A stretch of 63,889 nt of DNA, taken from contig NC_068995.1 of assembly GCF_001194135.2 (NCBI RefSeq), forward strand, positions 35,520,588-35,584,476. Direction: 5' to 3'. The notes beneath the pieces are model-generated. The model was not told the DNA's origin and did not search any database. It saw only the letters and a list, made by a program, of their open reading frames with translations. The translations under genes were made by a program, and so were the position numbers. Positions 48,435-61,495 of this stretch are shown here, in pieces; positions within the stretch are counted from its first letter, which is position 1, and each line of letters opens with the position of its first letter. The stretch is from Octopus bimaculoides (lineage: Eukaryota).

Positions 48435-49596
48435 GGCTTGGGTAAAACAATGGAAACACCTAGCAGCATAGCATCATAATTTTGAAATATCAATAACACC
48501 CGCATAAGATTGTTTGTTTTGATTTTGGGATTTATTATTAGTGTTGCTTAATATGTTTTGTTAAAATTGCTGTTTCTTTTCAGATATCATCCGAAAAAGG
48601 TAATTAAAATTCATTACAATGACAGACCTATCGGACTTTCAAAGAGGTCAAATTGTTGGTGCTCTTAATGGCAGGTACTAACATTATGAAAATGGACGAA
48701 ACGTGTGGAAACGGACTCTTACACGAGTTGTTAGAAAGGATCACAAAAGTACAGCTCCCAAAATTACAGCAGATCTTAATGACCACCTCGAGAACCCAGT
48801 TTCCACAAAACCTGTTCGCCAGGAGCTGCACAAGGCCGGATATAACTGGAGGGCTGCAATTAGAAAACTACTACTTTCAAAACCAAACGTTGCAGAGCGT
48901 TTAGAGTGGAGTAAGAACCTACAGAATTGGTCCCTAGAGCAATAGGAGAATGCTATTTTCCCGTACGAGTCATCCTATACCTTATTTCCGACCGCCGGTC
49001 GAGTATACATATGGGGACAGCCAAAAGAAGCTTTTGACCCAGACTGCCTTCTTACAACTCTTAAACATGGAGGATCTGTAATAATCTGGGGGGCTATGTC
49101 TTGGAAAACTGCCGGCTCAATGGTTTCCCTTCATGACAGAATTAATAGTCAAGACTATTTAATCATTTTATCTCATAAAATTCATCTTACGTTTGCGGAA
49201 CTGTTTCCGGTGGGAAACGCAATCTTTCAGGATGATAATCCACCAATTCACACAGCTAAAGTTGTTACTGAATGGCAAAGGCACGAGGAACATTCTAGTG
49301 AAGTTGAACATCTTATCTGGCCACCACAGTCCCCAGATCTCAATATTATTGAACATTTATGGTGCATTTTAGAAAAACAAGTAAGGAGTCGATATCCTCC
49401 ACCATCATCACTACAAGAACTGGAGACGGTTTTAGCTGAAGAATGGACAAATATTCCTTTGGAAACAATTCAAACTTTGTATAAGTCCATACCTCATAGA
49501 ATTCAAGCTGTAATTACTGCCAAAGCGGTCCTATCTCCATATAAAATAAATTTGTTTGAAATTTTAAGGTGTTTCCATTATTTTGTCAAACCCCTG
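48432..49596 (+). mobile_element. Tc1-like transposon with both TIRs (1165 bp), copy c
   Basis: TIRs cagggcttgggtaaaacaatggaaacacc and ggtgtttccattattttgtcaaacccctg, with TA TSDs at 48430-31 and 49597-98. ATG at 48619 (MTDLSDFQRGQIVGA), then IFQDDNPPIH...WPPQSPDLNIIEHLW. The transposase is disrupted. Confidence 0.95.
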
Positions 49597-49658
49597 TATA
49601 TACATATATACACACATACATGCATACATACATACATACATACATACATACATACATA

Positions 49659-49877
49659 CGAGGGGGAGGGCTAAATAGTTCCTGGCGTTAAGGGCATCAC
49701 GAAAGGCCTGGTTGGGGGCCCAACATTCCGAGTTCTTTTACAGGGCTTAAAAAAACTGACGGGCTGCAGCAATAAGTGTGTATATCTGAAAAGGAAATAT
49801 GTTGAATAGAATCATGATTCACTGATCCTCCTGTATTCTCTTTAACCCTAAGCCAGAGACATTTCAGCACTCCCTCG
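49659..49877 (+). mobile_element. Mariner-derived MITE
   Basis: TIRs cgagggggagggctaaatagttcctggc and gccagagacatttcagcactccctcg, TA-flanked. The interior retains remnants of the last transposase codons (…K..EYVE*). Confidence 0.88.
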
Positions 49878-50698
49878 TACACGCCATAGTGCTCAGCTGT
49901 ACAAATAAAGCAAATAATTTTTTTGAATATATAGTGATGTTGGAAATATTTTTAAAATTAACATCAATAGTGAATCATCAGTAGCTTTAAGACATTTTCA
50001 AAGCCAGTCATAATATATGACTGTGGTATAGGACTGGAGCATATAGAAATGGATTAAGTAGATAGTAATACAATAAGAAAATTACCTTGTACGAAAATTA
50101 TCACGAGTGTGACATATAGCGATGGTACACTCCAAGATAAAAGATCGTAGAGGGCTATTGAACAACAAGTAACAGTTTAACAAAGTAGTTAAATCATTTT
50201 GATCGCTACCTATCCAAGTCACAAGTCCTGTTACGTGCTCTTATTGATTACGATCGCAAATATGGAAGCAGTCGATTATATTCACGGCAACAAAAATCCT
50301 CAGAAGGAAATGGATTAGAATTCGAACAGCTGAAGTATAAATCTAAAGCAACTGATAAAGTGGATTCATTGATTTATAAGTAAGTCAACCGTAGTGAACA
50401 ACTGTAAAAAAACAAGCTTGTGCATGGCTGATCGTTCCGGAAACAAAAATGCACTTCACTAATAAGAATAAATTCAACCTGAATGATGTGACAAAACTAA
50501 CAACATTCACTGACCAAACAAGTCATACCACTCGATATTTTGAAAGGAACACCCATAATTATTACAAGACACTCGACATTTATGCGTTATATATACTTAG
50601 TTTCATTAAGGTATCAAAGTTGTTTCTCATCCCCTTGACCACCTGAATCCAGATACTTCTATAAAAATCTCAGTTCCCCAGCATCTATCAAAAATGAT

Positions 50699-50897
50699 TG
50701 TACTCCGTCGGTTGCGACGATGAGCGTTCCACTTGATCCGATCAACGGAACCGCTTGCTCATGAAATTAACGTGCAAGCGGCTGGGCACTCCAAAGACAC
50801 GTGTGCTCTTAACATAGCTCTTAAGGAGATTCAGCGTGACACAGAATGTAACCTCACTGGCCCTTTGAGCTACATATACAGCTCATTCTTGTAAGCT
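50699..50897 (-). mobile_element. 5'-truncated SINE family C (3' domain)
   Basis: ctccgtcggttgcgacgatgagcgttcc..gatccgatcaacggaac..aaattaacgtgcaag..cagcgtgacacaga is shared with the 20587 and 31131 copies. Confidence 0.85.
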
Positions 50898-51486
50898 CAG
50901 TATCGAACATATTACAATATGAAAAATACTGTGGAATTTTAACATAAATCGACGTGGAAACTATAAATGACAATTTTGTGTAAATGTACTGTAAGTCTGA
51001 GGATTTACATCCACCCTATCAAGTGAATTATAAACATAGTAACATTTACAAAATGTGAATATCATCTGATTTGTAGAGACAGTGATAGGTTACCAATACG
51101 GATAAATATTATCATGTTCCATAATACAGGGATGCTACTGGGGTAATTTCAACATAAATATATAAATAGAAATGAATAACCTTGAAAACTGTTTTTAAAA
51201 AAGTGATATAAAATGTCATATATCGAACAACTAAGCTCATAGCAGTTATTTTTACTACTGCTGGCTGAGACAGGACGTTTTACTTTTCCTATAAGTATGC
51301 ATTATTCACTTTTTCCTTTTACACACTCTAACCACTTTATAGTCAGCCCCATGATAGTTATAACAATGCTTCACAGCAACGTTTCCCTTACTACACCCGC
51401 CAATGAACAGAAAAGTCGCAGAATCATAGAAGTTACTCTGTATGTGTGTATTAAGCCATTTTCATTATATAGGTAATGCATGTATA

Positions 51487-52370
51487 CACTGAACCGCAAA
51501 AGAAACACAAGACGTGTGTGACTGTGAAATATGTTTTAATTTCGTGATGTCAGAGATAAATTTGGATAAATCTGATAAAGTCAATTTTTTGGATGCACAT
51601 TGACCACAGTTTATGGGTCGTCATGTGTTCTGGTAGTGGGCGGATCCAGCACATCGAGATTGTACGGCGTGACATGTTCAATACCGTGTATGCCCTCCTT
51701 AGGTGTTCAAAACGGCCATACACCATCGGTACATGGAGTGCATGAGGCGATTCAGAAAACTCATTCACGCCTGTGCCCACACCCTTAGGAAAGCTACATC
51801 CAGCTCCACACGAGTTGTCAGCCTTGGGACCACCTGGTTCAGTCGGCTCTGGATTTCATCCCACAGGTGTTCAATTGGGTGCAAATGCTGAGAGCGAGCC
51901 ACTGCATGGTTCTGATGTTGTGCTGACGCAGGAAGTTCATGTGACTCTGGCCGTGTGGGAGGGAGTATTGTCCTGCTGGTACATGTAGCTATGGTGACGC
52001 GCGAAAAAGGGCACAATGTAAGGTCTTAGGATCTGGTCAACGTAACGCTGCGCAGTGATGCCATTCCCTCTGCCTACACCAATCTTTTGTAACATATGGG
52101 GCCTAAATTCCTTCTTTCAGGCCTGTAGGACCCCAAACCATGATGCTCTGGCCACCCCACGCGTCTTTCTCCATGACACATGCGTCTCTCTAGCGTTCAC
52201 CCCTTCTACGCCACATCTTCACTTTGCCAACCAAGGCGGAAACGGAGTACCGGCTCTCGGCAGAGAAGACTATCGACCTCCATTGTTGATGCCGCCAATG
52301 TCGGTGCTGTGTAGCCCACTGTAGCCGTGTCTGACGGTGGTGAGCGGTGAGGACAGGCCCTCGAACAGGA
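51487..52370 (-). mobile_element. Tc1-like transposon relic (DD34E), a different family from copies a-c
   Basis: TIR cactgaaccgcaaaagaaac after TA. GPVLTAHHRQTRLQWA..WRSIVFSAESRY, GGQSIMVWG, YQQDNTPSHTARV..W.ALS..LHPIEHLWDEI. The 5' part is lost next to the LINE. Confidence 0.9.
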
Positions 52371-52459
52371 CGACGACAACAAGGTGTTTTTAAAACACAG
52401 CAACAAATTTAACAAACGCAACAACGTGAGACAACAAGCAATCAAGCTTACCAACTTTG

Positions 52460-54088
52460 GAACTTGGAAACACCACGTCCGAATTCAAAACAGTTCAGTC
52501 ATTTGACTGTTTCCCCTGTATCTGACGAGGAATGTTACAGGTATCTAGGGGTGGATGAAAATATATCTTACAATGGCACCTGTAACAAAACACGTACCAC
52601 AGAAGAATATTACAGAATAAAGAAAATCTGTACCTCAGAACTCTCTGCATTCAATAAAACAGTGGCCCACAATGTGTTTACAGTTCCAGTACGTAAACCA
52701 ACTTTTGGACTGCTTGATTGGACGCTTGATGAGATCGGAGCCATTGATGCGAAAACCCGAAAATATTAACAAGCACACATAATTTCCACATAAACAGTGA
52801 TGTAGACCACATCTACCTAAAACGTAAAAAAGGCGGCAGAGGCTTAACATCGATCCAAAATGCCTTTGAATGTCGTATCATATTCCTTCGGCAACATCTT
52901 TTAACCACCAAGCGTCGAAGTGCATCCCTTGACCACGTTTGCATACATGAGACTGATAACATCATAACACTTGGAAGGCAGCTCCTTGAGCAACACTCTT
53001 TGTCTGATAACCTAGAATACATGCCCAAAGAAGTCGCACGATTCTACCGCAACATATCATCAGGTGAAAGGACGGGCCTATATGAGCAGAAGACTATGCA
53101 TGGATATGTTAGTAGAAAGCTCCGTGATGATAACAAAATCGATCATCAAAGCAGTTAATCATGGACGAATAGCCGGACTACTACCTCCCTCTTTGAAGGG
53201 TATACGTTTGCAATCTAAGAACAGGAACGTTTGCAATCTAAGAACAGGAAATATAAACGAAGTACCTGGTGCATAAAAGAGATAGAGATGCGGGAAAAGC
53301 CGTAAAATGTGACAACCGATGCAGACTTTGTGGAGTCCACACTGAAGATATCACCCACATCATAAGCAGTTGTCCGAAAATATCACCACAGTATTATCTA
53401 CCGATGAGACGTGACGTTGTAGCTCGGACACTCTATAATGAAATCCATCGGAAGGATAATCCCGAGGACAAAGAAATAAAAATCCACAATGTGGTAGAAG
53501 CCATAGCCACTCATAATGAAAAGGAATATTGGAGGAATGTACTAGTGAAGACCTCAATAAAATGTAAACACAACAGACTTGATATAATGATTTGGGATAG
53601 TGAAGAGAAACTGTGCACAGTTGTGGAAATTAGCTGCCCAGCAGATGTTGACATAAAGCTGAAGATCAGTGAAAAGAACATCCTATACTGAACTATTGAG
53701 AAATCTGCAGTTGCTCTATCCAGATTACAAGTTCAGGTTTATACCTGTAATTATTGGAGCCATGGGATATGTAACACACTGCATAAATACCAATCTTGAG
53801 AAATTAGGCTTCTCAGAAAGGAGAAAGCTAATTCGAAGACTACAGATCCAATCCATCACTGAAACTGTAAAAATCTGTAAAAATTTCCAGAAGTTTATCA
53901 TTTAAATACATATGAGCTTGTCTAGATATGTAACTATATGCACGAGAATACATACATAAAACATACAAATCTGCACATACATACATACCCTGTTGTTGAT
54001 GTTGAAATCCCAATGAAGGAATCTTGGTTCTAGGTTAGAAACCGGTTCTGTGTCTATTGACAAGAATTCTTGAAATAAACTGAATAAT
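52460..54088 (+). mobile_element. 5'-truncated R4/Dong-like LINE (RT C-terminus, CCHC finger, RLE, 3' UTR)
   Basis: YRYLGVDE, LYLKRKKGGRGL, CRLCGVHTEDITHIISSCP..MRRDVVA, KHNRLDIMIW..VEISCPAD..EK, IPVIIGAMG. A 23-bp tandem duplication at 53204-53249 frameshifts the ORF. Confidence 0.92.
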
Positions 54089-54351
54089 GACATACACACA
54101 TACATAGATTACATCAGAATTGAATCTGTTTGTCCTAAGGCGGACTACGTACTCGTGTGATAAGTAAATAAATAAATAAATAGATATNNNNNNNNNNNNN
54201 NNNNNNNNNNNNNNNNNNNNNNNNNNNNNNNNNNNNNNNNNNNNNNNNNNNNNNNNNNNNNNNNNNNNNNNNNNNNNNNNNNNNNNNNNNNNNNNNNNNN
54301 NNNNNNNNNNNNNNNNNNNNNNNNNNNNNNNNNNNNNNNNNNNNNNNNNNN

Positions 54352-54388
<37 letters not shown>

Positions 54389-55749
54389 GTGTGTGTGTGT
54401 GCGTGTGTGTGTGTGTGTGTGTTGTATGAATAAACAGTGTTTTTATGATCAGAAATATATTTTCGTTTTTTACTAACACAAATAATTCTAGATTTCATTG
54501 CTCATTGCTTTGACGCCTAAATTAATTGCAATCATTATGTTTTTCTATTCTTGTTTTTAAAAAAAAAAACTCTTAAAAGCAGAATAATGTCTACTCAATT
54601 TCCAAGTAGTAATAATTACATATTTTGAAATACCACACTGGTGCCATTCTGTTCATATTAGCAGACATTCGTCAATATTCTGGTGCATCATATATTTTTC
54701 TTCGTATTCTCAGGAAACAAAAGTTCTAGGAATGAAGAAGTAAATATTTTATAATGAATATTCGCAAAAACAGAAAATTTTCATTCTCAGAATATATATA
54801 AAGAACCTTTTTTTCTTGTCAATCTTTCTTGTTTCATTATTATCACTGATTTTTACCTGCACCAGATATGATCTTATTTTTCTGTTACACAAGTATATCT
54901 TGTTCAAATAGTAATCACGTAGAAGAATCTTTATTACATAGCTTCTATCACTTCCGTAAAAAATTGAATTTTAACTTACATGAGTGAATAAAAGAAATAA
55001 TCACCCATCTCTGTAGACAGACTATTATTTTTTTCTTTATTCCCATATTCATATCCATGATCATCTCACAGGAAATCTATTCAAATCCAATTAATGTAAT
55101 CCGAGTAAATGACAATATATCTGAGATTTAACAAATATAGATAAGTATTAAGACTTGTGCCAAAACTTCGTAAAGAATTAGCATTTGCCTTTACGAGATT
55201 ACTATTGGCTGAAGTGACTAAGGCCATAAGTTTACCTTAGTGGGTATGGTTATAGATAAAGCTGAATCGAGGATAAGAGTATGTTATGTCAATTTGGACT
55301 GAGGATTTGCAGATAATAGTGGTACCGAGTCCAATGTTAGGATATTGAGAAATATTCTGCGGTTGCTGTTTCGTATGCCCATGTTGGCAAGGGCGTGTGA
55401 CGTGATACTCAGCGTTTCTGTAACTCGGACAAAGTGTAAATGCCATTTTAAAATGCATAATGATGTACGAGGATATTTGTTATGACTATTATGTGGAATC
55501 ACTTGTCATATAGAATAACAAAATATTGCCACATTTTTTATCATCCGCTGCTGGAGATTCATATTCAAAGGTATTGCCATAACTTATTCCACATCAACTA
55601 ATCCCGTGATTAACCCTAATTCCAATGATTCTTAGAAAATTGGTGATCAAACTTAATAGAATTCATGGCATAGATCTGACACCTCTGAACCCTACAGCAA
55701 CGCGAAGAGAAATGTTGCAGGCTCCCAAGTCTCTCTTATTTTATTTTTT

Positions 55750-56087
55750 ATCTTTTACTTGTTTCAGTCATTTGCACTACGGTCATGCTGGGGCACAACC
55801 TTGAAAACTTTTAGTCGAACGCATCGAGCCCAGAACTTACTTTTCAAGCCTCTTACTTATTCGATTGGTCTTTTGCCGAACCGCTAAGTTACAGGGATGT
55901 ATACACACCAACGCCGGTTGTCATGCAGACGTGGGTTACAAACATCAACACACACACACACATACACACACATACACACACATACGCACACGCACACACA
56001 CGCATACATATATATATATACATACATATATATATATATACGACGGGCTTCTTTCAGTTTCTGTCTGCTAAATCTACTCACAAGGTT
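55750..56087 (-). mobile_element. SINE family B, head truncated
   Basis: tcttttacttgtttcagtcattt...gccgaaccgctaagttac...cgacgggcttctttcagttt...actcacaagg matches 16809-17215. Confidence 0.88.
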
Positions 56088-56354
56088 GTGTATTGTTTTT
56101 AGCTTTGCCTGAAAAATCGTTATGAACTTTCCTTATAAACGAGTTTACTTCCCCTATTTACTTACAAGAAAAAGAAATGACCAAGACAATATTCGATTAT
56201 CTTTTCTAGCCCTGGAAGTATTTTTTGTAGTACGAAAATACTTTGTGGTATTGGCACTTTAATGCAATAAAGATATAAATCTTACTGCTTTGCATATACA
56301 ATGTTTCCAGTTTCACTTGCTTCTTTTGGTTTAACAAAAGTTTGCATAAAACTT

Positions 56355-57381
<1,027 letters not shown>

Positions 57382-58491
57382 TTATTTTCGGATAAAAACC
57401 TTCGAGAATGCTATGTAAAGCTCGACTACAGTTATTGGTTCCTGATGTCATCATACAGTAGAAATACACATGATACTGGATGTACTTCAGGAATTCCATA
57501 TTGTCCGTACACCTTATATAAATGATTCAGGGACAGAAAAGGGAATTCACAAGTTTCTTTATTCAAAACTAATACAATTGTTTCGACTCGTTCTCGCAAC
57601 TATATGACGTTGTGCAGATCAATTCACTTGCATTACACGTGCAGCTGTAGAATATGCCTCCTTGGGTGACTTTTTAAACAAGTTTCTTATTATTTCACTT
57701 TTTTCTCGCTATTTCACTTTGCCTTATTATAATGTATAGCAGGGTAGATGTTGCATTTTAGCTGTTCTCAGACGAAGAGGGACATGAAACAATTACCGTC
57801 AAAAAATAAATTAAATACACCGATAAAAAATCCATAGATAAATAAAAAAAAATATACATGAAACCAAAATAAAAATAAAAGATGCATAAATAAGATATAC
57901 ATGAAATCAAAATAAATAGAAATACAAAAAATGTATTAAAGGGACCCGTTTGGTTATCATTTATCATTAGAATGATTATGAAGATGAAAGAATTAGATAG
58001 ACCAGTTAGGGTAGACGTCATGTCGACTCGAAAGAAAGGAAATTAGATTTATAAAGGTATGTTTTAGAGGCGATAAACATATGCAAAATGACCAATCACC
58101 TATTGCACTGTGTAACACGATTTTTGCCTTTGGGTGGCAACTGTTATTTCCTATTTGCTTACCCCTGGAAAGTATGAAAAGTAGTTAATATTTCGTTCAA
58201 TCTTTGCTTTTGTTACATTTATTCAGAGCCCCAAAAATCCCTCTCGGCACATGGCAATGATGCTCCCACACTACTTCTGCTCATGACCAGAAATGCACAT
58301 ATCGTCGGCTACTAAGGGACATGCTCAAGTGGTTATAGTCAAGGAACTGACAAGCAAATCTGCGGTACTGAGTAGAATATTTTCTATAACGATATTTCTG
58401 AAATTTATTTATTCCCATGGGAAAACTGTCAAATGTGAACATTCTCGTTCACGCAAATAAGGAACAAAACGACGTATGATTCAAAAGTAGC

Positions 58492-58556
58492 ATTCTTGAA
58501 ACTTTTAGAAACTTCTCGAAAGTTCTTGAACCTTCGAGAAAGTTCTAGAAAATTCT
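58492..58556. promoter_or_regulatory. Heat-shock-element array (13 alternating nTTCn/nGAAn pentamers)
   Basis: aTTCttGAAacTTTtaGAAacTTCtcGAAagTTCttGAAccTTCgaGAAagTTCtaGAAaaTTCt: strict 10-bp phase, 12 of 13 cores perfect. Confidence 0.65.
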
Positions 58557-59136
58557 GCTTCAGCAACTCAGCGCAGAAACTGTCTGAAATATAATGGAAA
58601 ATAAGCAGTTTGAAACCATTGATGTCCAAGTCGCAAAAGCAAGGTTTGAAGGGAACAGTAGTCATTTCCTTTAATTTCTAGATAGAAGCAAATATGAAAT
58701 ATCGCTCACTGACCAAAGTCAAAAAAGATATAATAAATTTCGTTACACAATGTTATCACTTCACTATCTTCTAACCGTTTTTTATTTTCTATTTTCTTCC
58801 TAACTTTATTTTTTAGTCTATCTAATACTTCCATCCTCATAATCCTTCTTATGGGAATTTATAGCCAAACGAATCACTTTATCTCAGATTTTTTAAAAAC
58901 AGTTAAACGTATGTAAGAAGAATGTCTATATCTATATGTAATAAAAGAATATATATNNNNNNNNNNNNNNNNNNNNNNNNNNNNNNNNNNNNNNNNNNNN
59001 NNNNNNNNNNNNNNNNNNNNNNNNNNNNNNNNNNNNNNNNNNNNNNNNNNNNNNNNNNNNNNNNNNNNNNNNNNNNNNTATATGGATATTATTGTTTACA
59101 ATAATATCAAATGGAATATCATGAAGCAAAAAATTA

Positions 59137-59500
59137 TTAATTAATAGTTAAGGGTATTATAGGTAGTACCGGCAAGCTAAAGATAGCAGTCAAAAGACAA
59201 CTACAACCACAAATTTTCACTGATACACATTATTTAAAGTTGGGGGAATGAACAAGAATTCTAAGCCCCGCACCAATAGCGAAAAGAATCGTAAATTGAA
59301 AAGCCAGACATACCCGTATCGTCACGACTTCAAACTTTGTGGAAGTGCCACTTAGTTCCCCTCAGCGAGTCTCACTGACCTAAGGGTCATAGATCTTGCC
59401 CATCTCAACAAATGTGCGCGATGTCCGTTTCTAATGCCGCGGCAAATTTAAAAAGGTGATCGGAGTGAATAATAAATTAGTACCCTTAATTATTAATTAA
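59137..59500. mobile_element. MITE-like element with ~24-bp TIRs, TA-flanked
   Basis: ttaattaatagttaagggtattat versus attagtacccttaattattaattaa (reverse complement, 3 mismatches). The interior is more GC-rich than the flanks. Confidence 0.55.
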
Positions 59501-60306
59501 TACATAAATACAATTATCAAATTATACACACACACACACATATATATATGTGTGTGTGTGTGTGTGTGTATGTGTGTGTGTGTGTGTGTACGTGTGTGTG
59601 TGTGTCTGCGTGTGTGTACACAAATTACCTTTATGCACGTTTAGCCTCGTCTAAGTATGTTTGTTAGTAGTGTATATGCGTCCATATATGAATAGACATA
59701 TATAGGTATATGCCAGTATAAAATATTTTATTTTATTTAACTTCATAATATTGTTTTATCTATTTCAGTTTTTATAAACAGTTAGAAGGTATGAAACAAG
59801 TGTACATATGTGTATATAAGTGCATATACAATAGATATATGTATGCATTTTTTATGTCTTAATTTACTTTCTTTTATGTCTGTCTTCTGAAATAGTATGC
59901 TTATAAGAAGTGGATATGTGTACATATCGACCGCACATGCACTTAGCTTATGTAATCGATAATGTTTAAAACACTACCGCTGCTTTTAATTCGTTATTGA
60001 ATTTTATCGTACGTATTCATCGGCGTGGCATACCAGTAAGTGATTTTTACACCATTTATATTCAGTCATGTTTTGGCGATACGCTTCGTTCCCGGTTCAA
60101 TTCAATTACGTCATGTTGATAAGCCACAAAAATGGCAAAATATCGGTACTTATCACACGTGAATGATTTTCAGGTGTTTTAATACCCAGCATAATGGGGG
60201 AGTTATCCTCCAGTCACTATACGCAGCGAACCGGTGAACAAACAAAGCACATGCATTGACTATCTGTGGTCAATAATATACAAAGATATATATATATATA
60301 TATATA

Positions 60307-61495
60307 TTAGGTCATTAAGAATTAAATGTCTGATTTTCTTATGCACCAAGTTTAACAGTCATTAACTCTATTGTTTTTCCTAAAAATTCTTTGTTTTACA
60401 ACATTGAAGAGTTACATCATCACATTTCGAAATGCAATTCATGGTGTCTGATTATATTGTGAGTTTTCTCTAGTAAATCAATCTGTGTGAACTCATGGAT
60501 AGATTAAAAATCCGTGTTGTTTGTGAATATGAGTTCCGTTGTGGAACCAATGTATCCTAAACAGCTTCAAACATTAATGAGGCGTTTGGTGAAGACGTGG
60601 CGAATGAGCGCACTGTACGTCGATGCTTTGAGAAGTTCCGATCTGATGACTTTACTCTGGAAAATCAGCCTCATGGTAGACCTGAGACCAAGGTGGATAA
60701 TGATAAGCGGGAAAACTGTAGCGGAAGCGGATACATCACAAACTACGCGCGAGTTAGCAGCTAGGTTTGATGTTTCGATTCCAACTGTATCGGACCATCT
60801 GAAACAAGGTAAAGAAGCTGGACACGTAGGTACCACACGAACTGAACGTACATCAAATGACACGTCGTCTTGAAACTTGCTGTTCTTTGCTGCCACAGCG
60901 ACGAAGTGTCAAATCACAATCCAAAACCGAATATTCACCAAAAAATTTAATAGTATTTGCTTGGTGGTCCAGCGCTGGTGTCATCTACTACAGCTTCATG
61001 AGACCTGGTAAGTCATTTATAGCGGATGTATACATCAACCAATTGGGTGGAATGATGGGTGAACTTGCAAATAAAAAAAACCGAGATTGGTCAATAGAGA
61101 CAAGCCAATTCCCTTGCAAGACAATACTCGGCTACATGTTGCACAAAGAACGCTAGTCAAGTTACAGGAACTGAACTTGGAAGTACTCTGTCGTCCACTA
61201 TATTCACCAAACCTTGCACCAACTGACTATCACGTTTTCCAGGCATTAAACTGCTTTTTGTAAGGAAAAAACTTCAAACTTCAAACTTAAAGAAGATGCG
61301 AAAATAGCCTTACATGATTTCATCGCCTCTTGCTCTCCAGAATTCTACACTGCCGACATAATTAAGCTACTGATAAAATGCAAAATTGTGTTGATAATTT
61401 AGGTGCACACTTTGATTAACTGCAATGCTTTTTGTTGAGATAAAGTAAAATAAACTTTTAGTTCAAAATCGGACATTTCATTCTTAATGACCTGG
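60307..61495 (+). mobile_element. Mariner transposon, near full length (1189 bp), pseudogenised
   Basis: TIRs ttaggtcattaagaattaaatgtctgatttt and aaaatcggacatttcattcttaatgacctgg, with TA TSDs. YEFRCG, NERTVRRCFEKFRS, WWSSAGVIYYSF, QDNTRLH and YSPNLAPTDYH motifs. Confidence 0.93.

Noticed and set aside
58383-58681. Helitron boundaries (TC...CTAG) around the HSE array
   Set aside because: The 5' flank is T rather than A and the subterminal hairpin is weak, so this cannot be supported without other copies.
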